Part shown: positions 14,710 to 27,516 of the stretch, in pieces
Position numbering within the stretch: position 1 is the stretch's first letter
Layout: the number at the start of each line of letters is the position of its first letter
Source: Laetmonice hystrix
Taxonomy: Eukaryota
DNA length: 64,000 nucleotides
Assembly (NCBI GenBank): GCA_965235115.1
Contig: OZ249436.1
Coordinates: 49,478,001 to 49,542,000 of the forward strand
Direction of reading: 5' to 3'
Notes under the pieces: model-generated
What the model was told of the DNA's origin: nothing
Seen by the model: the letters and a program-made list of their open reading frames with translations, nothing else
Databases searched by the model: none
Made by a program: the position numbers and the translations under genes

Positions 14710-15560
14710 GCCATACCTGTAACACTTGCAGCTGATCCCCCACCTATTGCTATATCTGTAACACTTGCAGCTGATCCCCCACCTATTGCCATATCTGTAA
14801 CACTTGCAGCTGATCCCCACCTATTGCTATATCTGTAACACTTGCAGCTGATCCCCACTTATTGCCATATCTGTAACACTTGCAGCTGATCCCCCACCTA
14901 TTGCTATATCTGTAACACTTGCAGCTGATCCCCCACTTATTGCCATATCTGTAACACTTGCAGCTGATCCCCACCTATTGCTATATCTGTAACACTTGCA
15001 GCTGATCCCCACTTATTGCCATATCTGTAACACTTGCAGCTGATCCCCCACCTATTGCTATATCTGTAACACTTGCAGCTGATCCCCCACTTATTGCCAT
15101 ATCTGTAACACTTGCAGCTGATCCCCACCTATTGCCATATCTGTAACACTTGCAGCTGATCCCCACCTATTGCCATATCTGTAACACTTGCAGCTGATCC
15201 CCACTTATTGCTATATCTGTAACACTTGCAGCTGATTCCCCCACCTATTGCCATATCTGTAACACTTGCAGCTGATCCCCACCTATTGCCATACCTGTAA
15301 CACTTGCAGCTGATTCCCCACCTATTGCCATATCTGTAACACTTGCAGCTGATCCCCACCTATTGCCATATCTGTAACACTTGCAGCTGATTCCCCCACC
15401 TATTGCCATATCTGTAACACTTGCAGCTGATCCCCCACCTATTGCCATATCTGTAACACTTGCAGCTGATCCCCACCTATTGCCATACCTGTAACACTTG
15501 CAGCTGATCCCCCACCTATTGCCATATCTGTAACACTTGCAGCTGATCCCCACCTATTGC
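14710..15560. repeat. Minisatellite, 38-40-bp unit
   Basis: ccatatctgtaacacttgcagctgatccccacctattg repeated. Confidence 0.96.
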
Positions 15561-15907
15561 CAAACAGGTGTCGTGACAAGTAAAAATAAAAGGTTGTAAC
15601 ATAACTATGTCTACATAGGGTAAAATAGAATTTACAAATTCACCGCGAATGATATTATAAGGCCAGAGTCTATCAGTAGAGTGTTCTAATATTCCCACAA
15701 ACTTTATGACGTCTATTAAATGAGTTTTCATTCAATCACTTACAAAGGTAGAAATAGACCCATGCCGACAGATCTAAATGACCGAGGACCTATCGTGTCC
15801 CGTTATTATGGCCAACCGCCATTTCTGCTCAAAGTTACTGCTGCTACGTTTTGGAGATCAAAGAGAAGGGCACCGAGGAGGAGCAATAGCGAGGCCAGCA
15901 GCAAGAA

Positions 15908-16027
15908 GAGCAGGAGTTAGAGGCGTCAGGGCGAGCAGGAGTTAGAGGCGTCAGGGCGAGCAGGAGTTAGAGGCGTCAGGGCGAGCAGGAGTTAGAGGCG
16001 TCAGGGCGAGCAGGAGTTAGAGGCGTC
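15908..16027. repeat. Minisatellite, 25-bp unit
   Basis: gagcaggagttagaggcgtcagggc x~5. Confidence 0.93.
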
Positions 16028-16379
16028 CGAGCGAACAGGAGAAGAACAACGAGGAGGTGGATATACTCCCCTACCTGGGCCAAAAGTTACAATTACTCCT
16101 AAAATGATTGAAACTATATATCATCTCAATCGATCTCCTCATCCTGACCATAGCCTGGCGCTGACATCCAGTACAGCACCCCCGCCTAGATCTGTAGGCC
16201 TATACAGATGAGAGCTCGCCGTGACAGCCACCGGGCGCTGGGCGGGTCCTGTGTATACGACAGCCGTCAGGCATGGAGTGGGTCCCAGCGGTCTGTCGTC
16301 ACTCCCCCGCCGGTGTAGCTATAGGTAGGCGATCCTCTCCGCTGCCGCCTGGGCCGACGTTTCGCCTGAGATGACGCCT

Positions 16380-17243
16380 GATAGCCAATCGAATTACGCC
16401 TCGTGTATCTGTGACGGCGCGCGTCCGCCACACCTCGGCCTCGCGTCGGGCGTGCGGCCGAGCCTCGTTCTCGTCGATCATTTAATTTACGCGGGCTCTC
16501 CAGTCCGGGGATAAAAGGGCGGCCGTGGCGCCATGGACGTCAGTCGGGATCCAAGTCGTCCCATCAGTTCACAGCGGACGCTAACCTCGACGGTTTCAGT
16601 CAGGTCCACTAGACCTGCCGCGGGCTCAGTGCCTGGACAAATAGAGAAACTCGGCCCAATACCCGTGCACTGGTATCAAGAAAACGTTCGTGTAGGTTCG
16701 ACACGCTGAATACGGATAGTTTAACACCTACATGGAGCGTGAACTATGAGTGTGTAACAGTGTAGATACGTACAGAAGTCTGGATTGTCTACTCGCCTTG
16801 TCTCAGTCACACACGTGCAGCGCGTGTGTACACACCCACGCCAGCGTTCCTGGACACGCCCGCCTCAGTGTCCATAGACGACTGGTGGTGGTGCACGTGA
16901 GTTTCGACAGCGTTCCAACTTGATTGACTCTCCCTCCCTGTCAGGGTATTGCGAGCACGCGAGCGCACGTGCGGGACAATGTTATGTGTTGGTCGTCCCA
17001 TCTCTAAGCGTCGCTATTAGAACCTGTTCGCACCTGGAACACTGGAACACTGGAACACCGTGGGTAAAACTGTTCCAAGGATTATTTATGTTCAAACTCC
17101 TGCAGGTCCAGATAACACCACAGCCGATACCAGCGTTGGTCACACTTCACTAACTCCTTACCTCCGTGCTGCTATCTGACACTGCTGTCATAGCACAGCT
17201 GGATTTGAGAATACCTTGATAGCGGCGTCTATAAAAGGTAAGT
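16380..17243 (+). promoter_or_regulatory. Candidate distal core promoter and non-coding first exon (~16542-17237)
   Basis: CpG-rich region; CCAAT ~16385; GATAAAA at 16510-16516 lies ~30 bp upstream of Inr-like TCAGTC (16540-16545); consensus donor AAG|gtaagt at 17238. Confidence 0.4.
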
Positions 17244-17315
17244 TAGTTTCGTGTCTCAACATTGACGAATCCGTTTTACGTTCTGCAAACTAATACGCAG
17301 CCAATGGATCAAATT

Positions 17316-17732
17316 TTTCTTCTCAGCTTGATACTATATCAGACTTAGAATCTGACACATTGTGTCAGACATTATTCTCTTCTCAGCTTGATACTATATC
17401 AGACTCAGAATCTGACACATTGTGTCGGACATTATTCTCTTCTCAGCTTGATACTATATCAGACTTAGAATCTGACACATTGTGTCGGACATTATTCTCT
17501 TCTCAGCTTGATACTATATCAGACTTAGAATCTGACACATTGTGTCGGACATTATTCTCTTCTCAGCTTGATACTATATCAGACTTAGAATCTGACACAT
17601 TGTGTCGGACATTATTCTCTTCTCAGCTTGATACTATATCAGACTTAGAATCTGACACATTGTGTCGGACATTATTCTCTTCTCAGCTTGATACTATATC
17701 AGACTCAGAATCTGACACATTGTGTCGGACAT
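17316..17732. repeat. Minisatellite, 60-bp unit, ~7 copies
   Basis: Successive 60-nt lines are near identical. Confidence 0.97.
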
Positions 17733-17975
17733 AGTCTTCATTGGGGTGGAAACGGAAACGTGTATCTGGCGTTAACCTAAATACGACAAACAGTTTCCTT
17801 TACTGTTGACATCAGAAGGCTATGGGTGTCTCTCTACTCTGAATATAACGGATTTGAATAAGTTCGTGTTCCAAAACATGAAGTAATATCATGTAAGGGT
17901 ACTATTATGACGCTGGTGGGGAGCGTGTGGGAGTAGACAGTAGGCCTACGCTATTGTAACAGCTTGTTACAATCG

Positions 17976-18113
17976 TAAGTAGTATATCAACCTAAGTAGT
18001 ATATCAACCTAAGTAGTATATCAACCTTCCTAAGTAGTATATCAATCTAAGTAGTATATCAACCTAAGTAGTATATCAACCTTCCTAAGTAGTATATCAA
18101 CCTAAGTAGTATA
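17976..18113. repeat. Minisatellite, 17/21-bp unit
   Basis: taagtagtatatcaacc repeated. Confidence 0.9.
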
Positions 18114-19797
18114 TTAAGAGTGGCGTTCGGCTCGGGTTGCATGTGCTCTTCCCTGAATTATTGGTTTCTGGTGAGAACCTCAGTAGTATATAGAGAGTGA
18201 CGTTTGGGTCAGGCTTCAATGTGGAGAATATTTGGCGATAAATTTAATCTTGTCATTTGAGGAAGTTCAAATATCGCTTAGGCTATGTAGGCTACATAAT
18301 ATTTTAGTATATAAACGAATCTATAAGAAAATAGTAGGATTCTAAATCGGGTTTCTTCTGCTGCTTCCTCTTATTCTTTTTTCGAATATAAAAGAAAGCC
18401 ATTCTGCCTAATTTACACATTTTAAGGACTTCCGAGTTACCGATAATGCTTCCCAGCAGCCAGTTAGAAAGGTTTTCCCTTTTACCACTAGGTGTCGCAT
18501 GAGTCGTGTATCTATGCTGTCGCTGGCAGAGGTCCGCCATGTGCATCTCGTGCGATATCCTCAAACATTTACAGGGGTAAGATGGGGGCATCTGTGGATC
18601 CCTCTCCCGTAGGTAGACAAATTCTCGAACCTCAACGGAAAACTTCAAAACGATATCAATTAAAGCAACAGGCCCGTATGAACACCCCCACAAAGTCACT
18701 TGATAAATAGAAATGCGACTGGACTTAAATATTGCTCTATAGGCGCACTGTGCCCGATAGAAATGTGCGGTATGGGGCCTAAGGCGGTGGAGACTCTTGT
18801 TTAGAATCATAATAGTGTCTATTCGATGGATGTGATTATAGTTGAAACGTTTGCCATGGATATACTGAGCCAGAATATCAATGAGAGTAACCGGCTCAGA
18901 TATTCTATCCGATCCCCTCGTATCATAACGTTGCATTCACAATGCATTCATGCACAATTCGCGGGCCGTATCCACTATGACCGGTCGGACAAGGTAAGAA
19001 TCAGACTTTCACAAATCCGCACACAACTTTCGCTGTGGGTCTATAAGCCTATACCTACCTGGGCCACCGAGGTTGTAGAAAAACAGTGAGACATGCACTA
19101 TATCGGCCGTGCAGAACTTAAAGCATTCAGAGCCGCATAGACTCTACAGGATATAATTATAACCCTATATTATCAGATATAAATCATTAATGTAGATTTC
19201 AGATATCTGGTATTGATTTTTCGTATGCTTGTTAATACGGGTGGAAATAGGTCTTATTAATATTTTGGGCGCCACCTCGCCCAAATTAATTTTGTCCATG
19301 TGAGCCTTCAAGACTTTAGTGTAATGGAATAAATGGGGAAAAGAAGAAGCAAGTTGCATGTTTTTGATTTAAAGATATTATAGGGCGACCCTTCCTTGGT
19401 CAACACTTTATTCACACCCCCACCCCACCCTCGTCCACGCCTGACATCCGGGCGGCCCTCAGCTGGGCGTCCCTGAACTCCCTGGCGGGGGCAGCACTCT
19501 CCCGGTCACGTGACCACGTGCGATAATGTTTATTTCATTACGACAGAGAGCGGCCTGAAGTACCGCTTATTCCGACTGACTGGGTCTCCGTTCGTCCCGG
19601 CCTTTGTACTGAGCGAACGGTCAGCACTAGTGGCTTACAGGTCACCGTGTACTCGACGTCCGTTCAGTCGTCACAGTCACAGATATCCCCGCCCACCATA
19701 TCTGTACATCCTCCATCCACGTAACGGGAGTCGGTTTAAACCACCACGATGATATCTCCAGCTGTTTTGTGCCCGATTATGGCACTTTACATCCGCA

Positions 19798-20500
19798 GTG
19801 TAATCGATTCGAGCATGTAGCACTAGTACAGTTCTACATTCTACATTCGAGCATGTAGCACTAGTACAGCTCTACCGTAATGTAATCGATTCGAGCATGT
19901 AGCACTAGTACAGCTCTAACGTAATGTAATCGATTCGAGCATGTAGCACTAGTACAGTTCTACATTCTACATTCGAGCATGTAGAACTAGTACAGCTCTA
20001 CCGTAATGTAATTGATTCGAGCATGTAGCACTAGTACAGTTCTACCGTTATGTAATCGATTCGAGCATGTAGAACTAGTACAGCTCTACCGTAATGTAAT
20101 TGATTCGAGCATGTAGCACTAGTACAGTTCTACCGTAATGTAATCGATTCGAGCATGTAGCACTAGTACAGCTCTACCGTAATGTAATTGATTCGAGCAT
20201 GTAGCACTAGTACAGTTCTACCGTCATGTAATCGATTCGAGCATGTAGCACTAGTACAGCTCTACATTCTACATTCGAGCAGGTAGCACTAGTACAGTTC
20301 TACCGTAATGTAATCGATTCGAGCATGTAGCACTAGTACAGTTCTACCTAATGTAATCGATTCGAGCATGTAGCACTAGTACAGTTCTACATTCTACATT
20401 CGAGCATGTAGCACTAGTACAGTTCTACATTCTACATTCGAGCATGTAGCACTAGTACAGTTCTACATTCTACATTCGTGCAGCTCTACCGTAATGTAAT
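19798..20500. repeat. Minisatellite, mixed 44/38-bp units
   Basis: ttcgagcatgtagcactagtacag(t/c)tctac core with two alternative linkers. Confidence 0.95.
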
Positions 20501-21789
20501 TTCCAAGCTAAATCGATGGCTGGTGTTTTGCTGTTTGCTACAAGTTTTAATACGTGTCGAACAGTACCGTAATTACATCAGAAATCCACGGCTTTAAATA
20601 TTTAGTCCCGCTGTAATCAGTCTTGAAGTTTCTTTGCTTAATTTCCCCTCGTCCCGACTGAAGGGTTGTTGAGTTAAAGCGACTTATTTTAAGGAGATGG
20701 CAGATATTGGTGCCGTCCTAAAGATCTCCAGGGAAAAATCCCGCGGCAGTTTGGTCCATTTGCTCGACTCGCAGAGTGAAAATTGACTTTTGAGCTGACT
20801 TTCCGCTGAAGTCTCATCCGTTTTGTTCCTCCTCTTGTGTTATTGATTTCAAAACAAGTATTAGGTGCGGATTCAATTAGGAAGCCTAGCGGGGTTTTAA
20901 TCATATGGCCCAGATTTTGCCGGCGTTTAGCGCGTATTTATGAAACAGGTAATCCTTAGCCACGTCAGAGTACTTAATGACTACTTAATCGGATTTGGCG
21001 CCAGGAAATACCCGCTTGCGCCGGTAATGCGTGTGATGAAAGCTATAGAAGAATTACCGAGTCTGCATGGCTTGCGGAGGGTGCAGGCGAACAACACCCC
21101 TCCTTTCTCTCGAACGGCGACACTACGGCTTGAAAAAAAATTAAGCCGCGAGTCATGTCACCGTTCGCCGGTTTCATTTCTTTAGGGACATAAAAATTGA
21201 AAGTATGTACGCGTGATGTTTTTTCTGCGCCTCTGAGAGTGTGGATGAAAGCGGCGTACCCGGAACGGTTTCATACTTGTACGCCTTTCAGGGAAACGTT
21301 CAGATCACCAGGTCACAGGAAGTTGAAATTATCTCCCATCCGTCGCGTATAATTATTTGTTATTATATCTCGTCGCTAGGTGGCGCCTGAGGCGCTGGCT
21401 TAAAGCCCGTCGATGTAGCTTCATTTCAGCGATTAATTGGAATGCATATTTCAAAGGCACTCTCTGCCGCCGCCACAATAAAACGCAGATACGTGTAATC
21501 GACACACGAATGTCGAGATATTTGGTCATTTATGGGACCTTTTTGCCCTGTTTCATTCCCACCTTGTTGTCTTTTTTCTTCTTTCCTCTCCCATAAAGCC
21601 GGAATCATCACAAAGCCGCCTGTTTCTAAGCTTCACAAAGCTGGGCGGGACCCAACCCATGGAATGCCAGTCACGATGATCAGACCACCTTTTTTCTGAT
21701 TGGCAGTATTTGATCATTTTATGTAGTATGGCGATAATGGAGTGCGCATGCGTGCCACAACGAGTCCCCGGTCTGAAGAAACGAACGAT

Positions 21790-23068
21790 GGTGGGGAGAA
21801 GGGGTAGGGAGGGGTGTGGGGGGTAGGTAAGGGTGTAGGGGGTAGGAAGGGGTGTAGGGGTTTGTAGGGGTAGGTAGGAGGGGGTAGGGAGGAGGGGGTA
21901 CGGAGAAGGGGGTACGGAGGAAGGGATACGGAGGAGGGGGTAGGGAGAAGGGGGTAGGGAGGAGGGGGTAGGGAGAAGGGGGTAGAGAGGAGGGGATAGG
22001 GAGAAGGGGGTAGAGAGGAGGGGATAGGGAGGAGAGGGTAGGGAGGAGGGGGTAGGGAGGAGGGGGTAGAGAGGAGGGGATAGGGAGGACGGGGTAGGGA
22101 GGAAGGGGTAGGGAGGAGGGGGTAGGGAGGAGGGGATAGGGAGGACGGGGCAGGGAGGAAGGGGTAGGGAGGAGGGGGTAGGGAGGAGGGGATAGGGAGG
22201 ACGGGGTAGGGAGGAAGGGGTAGGGAGGAGGGGGTAGGGAGGAGGGGGTAGGGAGAAGGGGGTAGAGAGGAGGGGGTAGGGAGGAGGGGTAGGGAGGAGG
22301 GGGTAGAGAGGAGGGGGTAGGGAGGAGGGGGTAGAGAGGAGGGGGTAGGGAGGAGGGGTAGGGAGGAGGGGGTAGGGAGGAGGGGGTAGAGAGGAGGGGG
22401 TAGGGAGGAGGGGGTAGAGAGGAGGGGGTAGGGAGGAGGGGGTAGGGAGGAGGGGGTAGGGAGGAGGGGGTAGGGAGGACGGGGTAGGGAGGAAGGGGTA
22501 GGGAGGAGGGGGTAGGGAGGAGGGGGTAGGGAGAAGGGGGTAGAGAGGAGGGGGTAGGGAGGAGGGGTAGGGAGGAGGGGGTAGAGAGGAGGGGGTAGGG
22601 AGGAGGGGGTAGAGAGGAGGGGGTAGGGAGGAGGGGTAGGGAGGAGGGGGTAGGGAGGAGGGGGTAGAGAGGAGGGGGTAGGGAGGAGGGGGTAGAGAGG
22701 AGGGGGTAGGGAGGAGGGGGTAGGGAGGAGGGGGTAGGGAGGAGGGGGTAGGGAGGAGGGGGTAGGGAGGAGGGGGTAGGGAGGAGGGGGTAGGGAGGAG
22801 GGGGTAGGCAGTGTGAGTTGGGTGTGGGAGGAGGGGGTAGGGAGGAGGGGGTAGAGAGGAGGGGGTAGGGAGGAGGGGGTAGGGAGGAGGGGGTAGGCAG
22901 TGTGAGTTGTGTGTGGGAGGAGGGGGTAGGGAGGAGGGGGTAGGGAGGAGGGGGTAGGCAGTGTGAGTTGTGTGTGGGAGGAGGGGGTAGGAAGGAGGGG
23001 GTAGGGAGGAGGGGGTAGGGAGGAGGGGGTTGGGAGGAGGGGTAGGCAGTGTAAGTTGGGTGTGGGAA
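21790..23068. repeat. Polypurine G-rich minisatellite, ~14-bp unit gggggtagggagga
   Basis: Almost purely G/A/T on + strand; source of the Pro-rich minus-strand ORFs. Confidence 0.96.
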
Positions 23069-23745
23069 GGGCCAACCTTCATAAATAGAGGGCGGACAGA
23101 GGCAGGGTAGACTTTTTGTGGTGACAGAAGAAATGAAGCCAGTGTGGTCCGTGTGCTGACACTGACTGTGACACCTCGAGTGTCGATGCCGAAATCAAGC
23201 CACTTTCTGGCCCGGCCACATCCCTGCTCTCATTAACTCTTGCTACGTTGACCCAGCAGTGCCATCACCCCGGGAACCAGTTATCGCACGTACTAATCAC
23301 TCACTAACAAAGCAACATGTAATTATAATGGTGATTAGACCAGTGGCTGGGCTGATAGCCGACATGACGACACCCAGCCACGGTCGTGCTGCTTTGTAGT
23401 CAGGCAGACGTCGGGCAAACCGACACTGCCCGCCTCAAAACGTCGTGCTCAAATTGACAACTTGTAACGCTGATAAGGATTTATGATGAACTTCATGTCG
23501 GTATGATTTCAACCATCGACCGCGGGCTGGAACGCGCAGTGTGCACGCCGCGCGTGGCACGCGCACGGTGCTCGTCGTGCGGACGTGTGTACGTGCGAAA
23601 TCTCAACATGCGCGTTTCTGTCAATGTCACCGCTGTCTCCCTTGGTGACCTCCGATTCAACTGTTCCGTCAAGACTTTGTTTAACAATAATCTTTAGATC
23701 AAACAAATTGCAATTAAGACCGCCTTAAAATGACAATTCCCATGC

Positions 23746-24093
23746 ACAGTCGCCAATAGTATGTACACACTTCCATGTACTACTCACAACAGTCGCCAAT
23801 AGTATGTACACACTTCCATGTACTACTCACAACAGTCGCCAATCGTATGTACACACTTTCCATGTACTACTCACAACAGTCGCCAATAGTATGTACACAC
23901 TTCCATGTACTACTCACAACAGTCGCCAATAGTATTACACACTTTCCATGTACTACTCACAACAGTCGCCACTAGTATGTACACACTTTCCATGTACTAC
24001 TCACAACAGTCGCCAATAGTATGTACACACTTCCATGTACTACTCACAACAGTCGCCAATAGTATGTACACACTTTCCATGTACTACTCACAA
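23746..24093. repeat. Minisatellite, 43/44-bp unit
   Basis: cagtcgccaatagtatgtacacacttccatgtactactcacaa repeated. Confidence 0.95.
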
Positions 24094-24319
24094 CTTAGTC
24101 CTATAGTATTATATAAATTTGTCTCACTCAGTTCATACAGGGGTTTTATGATAAGGGAAATATTTATAAATAACGATGGCTTCTGGAAAAATACGCCAAG
24201 TATCCCAGAATATAAAACATTAGATCTCAGCCCCGATCCTCGTCATGAATATCGAAAGGCTGTCGGGCAATGTGGAATACAAGATCTGTGTTTGCTCAGT
24301 GTACATACTGTGTACATAC

Positions 24320-24976
24320 ACAATAATTATTATACCTTTGCACGAAATAACGAGCGCTGATTGGCTGAGCTACGAGTGTGATAAAAAAATCTGTATTACC
24401 CCCTGTCCACTGACCTAAAAATAGTTCGACCCAGTTTTGTACCAATAGACATCCGGCATTTGTACCATGTGACTCGTATTTGGCCTACTTTAAATCCTGT
24501 ATCACCACTGTTTACTGACCCAGATATCGTTCGACCTCATTTGTCCACCAATGAACGGAGAGTGCGTGTTTTAATAGCTACGTCACAATTCATTTGTTCC
24601 ACTGTTACCTTACGTCACAATCCCTTTGTTGAATTGTTACCATGAACGATGTCGTCAAAATGACCTGCGTCATAATTCATCGTCATAGTTATGCCCCGGC
24701 GTCACATAAAATAGTCGCCAATAGAGCGCATTTTCACTAAGTTAGAAACAATTAATCCAACTTAAATATATTACCATTAATTAAGTTATGAAAAAGGTAT
24801 AATAAATACAGGAACAAACTCGTGTGTGATAACGGGATTCTGTATCAGACTCAGCGGCAAGCGCGGAGATTCACATCAGCACTCGTGCTTCGCACTCGTG
24901 CTGATATTACTCCGCGCTTGCCGCCTCGTCTGATACAGAATCCCGTATCACACACTCGGTCGTTCCTGTGTATTTA
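24320..24976 (+). mobile_element. Crypton-like (tyrosine recombinase class) non-autonomous element with long terminal hairpin
   Basis: Inverted pair TTATTATACCTTT (~24327) / AAAGGTATAATAA (~24793), then a ~170-nt imperfect palindrome 24803-24976 centred on ctcgtgcttcgcactcg. Class assignment is from recalled architecture; a Helentron derivative is an alternative. Confidence 0.5.
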
Positions 24977-25331
24977 TGAGCCGTGTTCATGCGAGTTTTG
25001 GGGTTTTTTTGGCTATCATTATTATACTATGACGTGTGCTAAGGCAATCCGCAACGTTTTATTTACTCCCTATTTATACGATCACAGTATGGTGTTGACG
25101 TTTTGCTCCAGATCGGTTAGGTTTTAAGAAAAAGGATATTAAAATAAAATTATGATTGCGCATTTTACTTTCAACGTAAAACTTAAGCGATTTAGGCAAG
25201 AAGTAATCACATAATTATATATCCACCATGATATGTCGTTAAAAAGATACGCCGATTTTAACTTGGCACGATGATCCTAACGACCAGTGGTGTTTACATT
25301 ACTTTATCCTTGTCATTATGGTTTCTTTCCG

Positions 25332-26675
25332 CCCAGGCTTCATGTACTGCTCCCTAAACTATTGGTTTACAGTGTGAGCCTCAGTGATATATCTACCCAG
25401 ACTTCATGTACTACTCCCTAAACTATTGGTTTACAGTGCGAGCCTCAGTGATATATCTACCCAGACTTCATGTACTACTCCCTAAACTATTGGTTTACAG
25501 TGAGAGCCTAAGTGATATATCTACCCAGACTTCATGTACTACTCCCTAAACTATTGGTTTACAGTGAGAGCCTAAGTGATATATCTACCCAGGCTTCATG
25601 TACTGCTCCCTAAACTATTGGTTTACAGTGAGAGCCTAAGTGATATATCTACCCAGGCTTCATGTACTGCTCCCTAAACTATTGGTTTACAGTGAGAGCC
25701 TAAGTGATATATCTACCCAGACTTCATGTACTACTCCCTAAACTATTGGTTTACAGTGACAGCCTAAGTGATATATCTACCCAGACTTCATGTACTGCTC
25801 CCTAAACTATTGGTTTACAGTGAGAGCCTAAGTGATATATCTACCCAGGCTTCATGTACTGCTCCCTAAACTATTGGTTTACAGTGTGAGCCTCAGTGAT
25901 ATATCTACCCAGACTGCATGTACTACTCCCTAAACTATTGGTTTACAGAGCGAGCCTAAGTGATATATCTACCCAGACTTCATGTACTGCTCCCTAAACT
26001 ATTGGTTTACAGTGAGAGCCTAAGTGATATATCTACCCAGACTTCATGTACTGCTCCCTAAACTATTGGTTTACAGTGAGAGCCTAAGTGATATATCTAC
26101 CCAGGCTTCATGTACTACTCCCTAAACTATTGGTTTACAGTGAGAGCCTAAGTGATATATCTACCCAGACTTCATGTACTGCTCCCTAAACTATTGGTTT
26201 ACAGTGCGAGCCTAAGTGATATATCTACCCAGGCTTCATGTACTGCTCCCTAAACTATTGGTTTACAGAGCGAGCCTAAGTGATATATCTACCCAGACTT
26301 CATGTACTGCTCCCTAAACTATTGGTTTACAGTGAGAGCCTAAGTGATATATCTACCCAGACTTCATGTACTGCTCCCTAAACTATTGGTTTACAGTGAG
26401 AGCCTAAGTGATATATCTACCCAGACTTCATGTACTGCTCCCTAAACTATTGGTTTACAGTGAGAGCCTCAGTGATATATCTACCCAGGCTTCATGTACT
26501 GCTCCCTAAACTATTGGTTTACAGTGAGAGCCTAAGTGATATATCTACCCAGACTTCATGTACTGCTCCCTAAACTATTGGTTTACAGTGCGAGCCTAAG
26601 TGATATATCTACCCAGACTTCATGTACTGCTCCCTAAACTATTGGTTTACAGTGCGAGCCGAAGTGATATATCTA
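25332..26675. repeat. Satellite, 64-bp unit, ~21 copies
   Basis: cccag(a/g)cttcatgtact(a/g)ctccctaaactattggtttacagtgagagcctaagtgatatatcta. Confidence 0.97.
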
Positions 26676-27516
26676 AAGTGACGTTTGGGTCAGGCCTCAG
26701 GTATGTGGGCCTTCTGCTGCACGGACTCCAACTCTGGAACTCCAATCTGTTAGGTACTTAGCGAAAAAAACAACAACACACACGATAAAATGTTCTAGCT
26801 TTACTATAACCCTTCAATGCCTTTTGTTTTCTCTCTGTAAAAGTCACAGCACCAGCCAAGACATTCGTGTCTGAAAGCTAGACTTATTAAATCATTAACT
26901 GATACACATCTCCTTATTATTTTAATCGATGCGGCGGCTGTCGTGACTGTTCCCGATTCACACCTAGGACAAAAGAAGAACGCTCACAAAATGATCCTTA
27001 ATTAGATCACAAGTGGCGCTTCTATGGTGTCTTACCGACCGTTCTCCAAACAACTGAATACAATCAGTGTGACAGTTTGCCTCTTAAACGAATTAGCCGC
27101 CGCTACAATCGATAAGAAAGTACCCCATCAGAGCGCTGCCATCCACCAATATGTACCGCTCCTGTTTCTCTAGCCCTGCCAGTCGACCGTTACCAATGGA
27201 CTTAACGTCGCGTGTGTGCCTTTAGTCATATCGTGTATCGTGTCGATCGAGTACATGAGGCACCTACATGGGGTACATGGGGTACTCGGGGTACATGTCC
27301 CCGGGTTGACCCGCGTGTGTGACCGGCACAGTATGTGCATGTCGACCGGCGGGCTGCGATCACGGAGGGGTATATGATTATAGTGCAAAGTATCTTGTTT
27401 GCGACTCATAGCGTTGTCGTCAAACAAGGATGGATAGCGAAGAATTATACCTTCATCCAGACCTGACTCCTCTACAGTCGTACCGTGAATAATGGGGTAT
27501 TGGTTCTATCATGTGG

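Noticed and set aside
21553..23082. 509-aa and 453-aa Pro-rich extensin-like ORFs
   Set aside because: Translation of a 14-bp C-rich repeat, open in multiple frames, with no splice or domain support.
23515..23615. GC-rich self-complementary-looking segment as a possible pre-miRNA
   Set aside because: I could not identify a clean ~60-nt stem or a known mature miRNA sequence.
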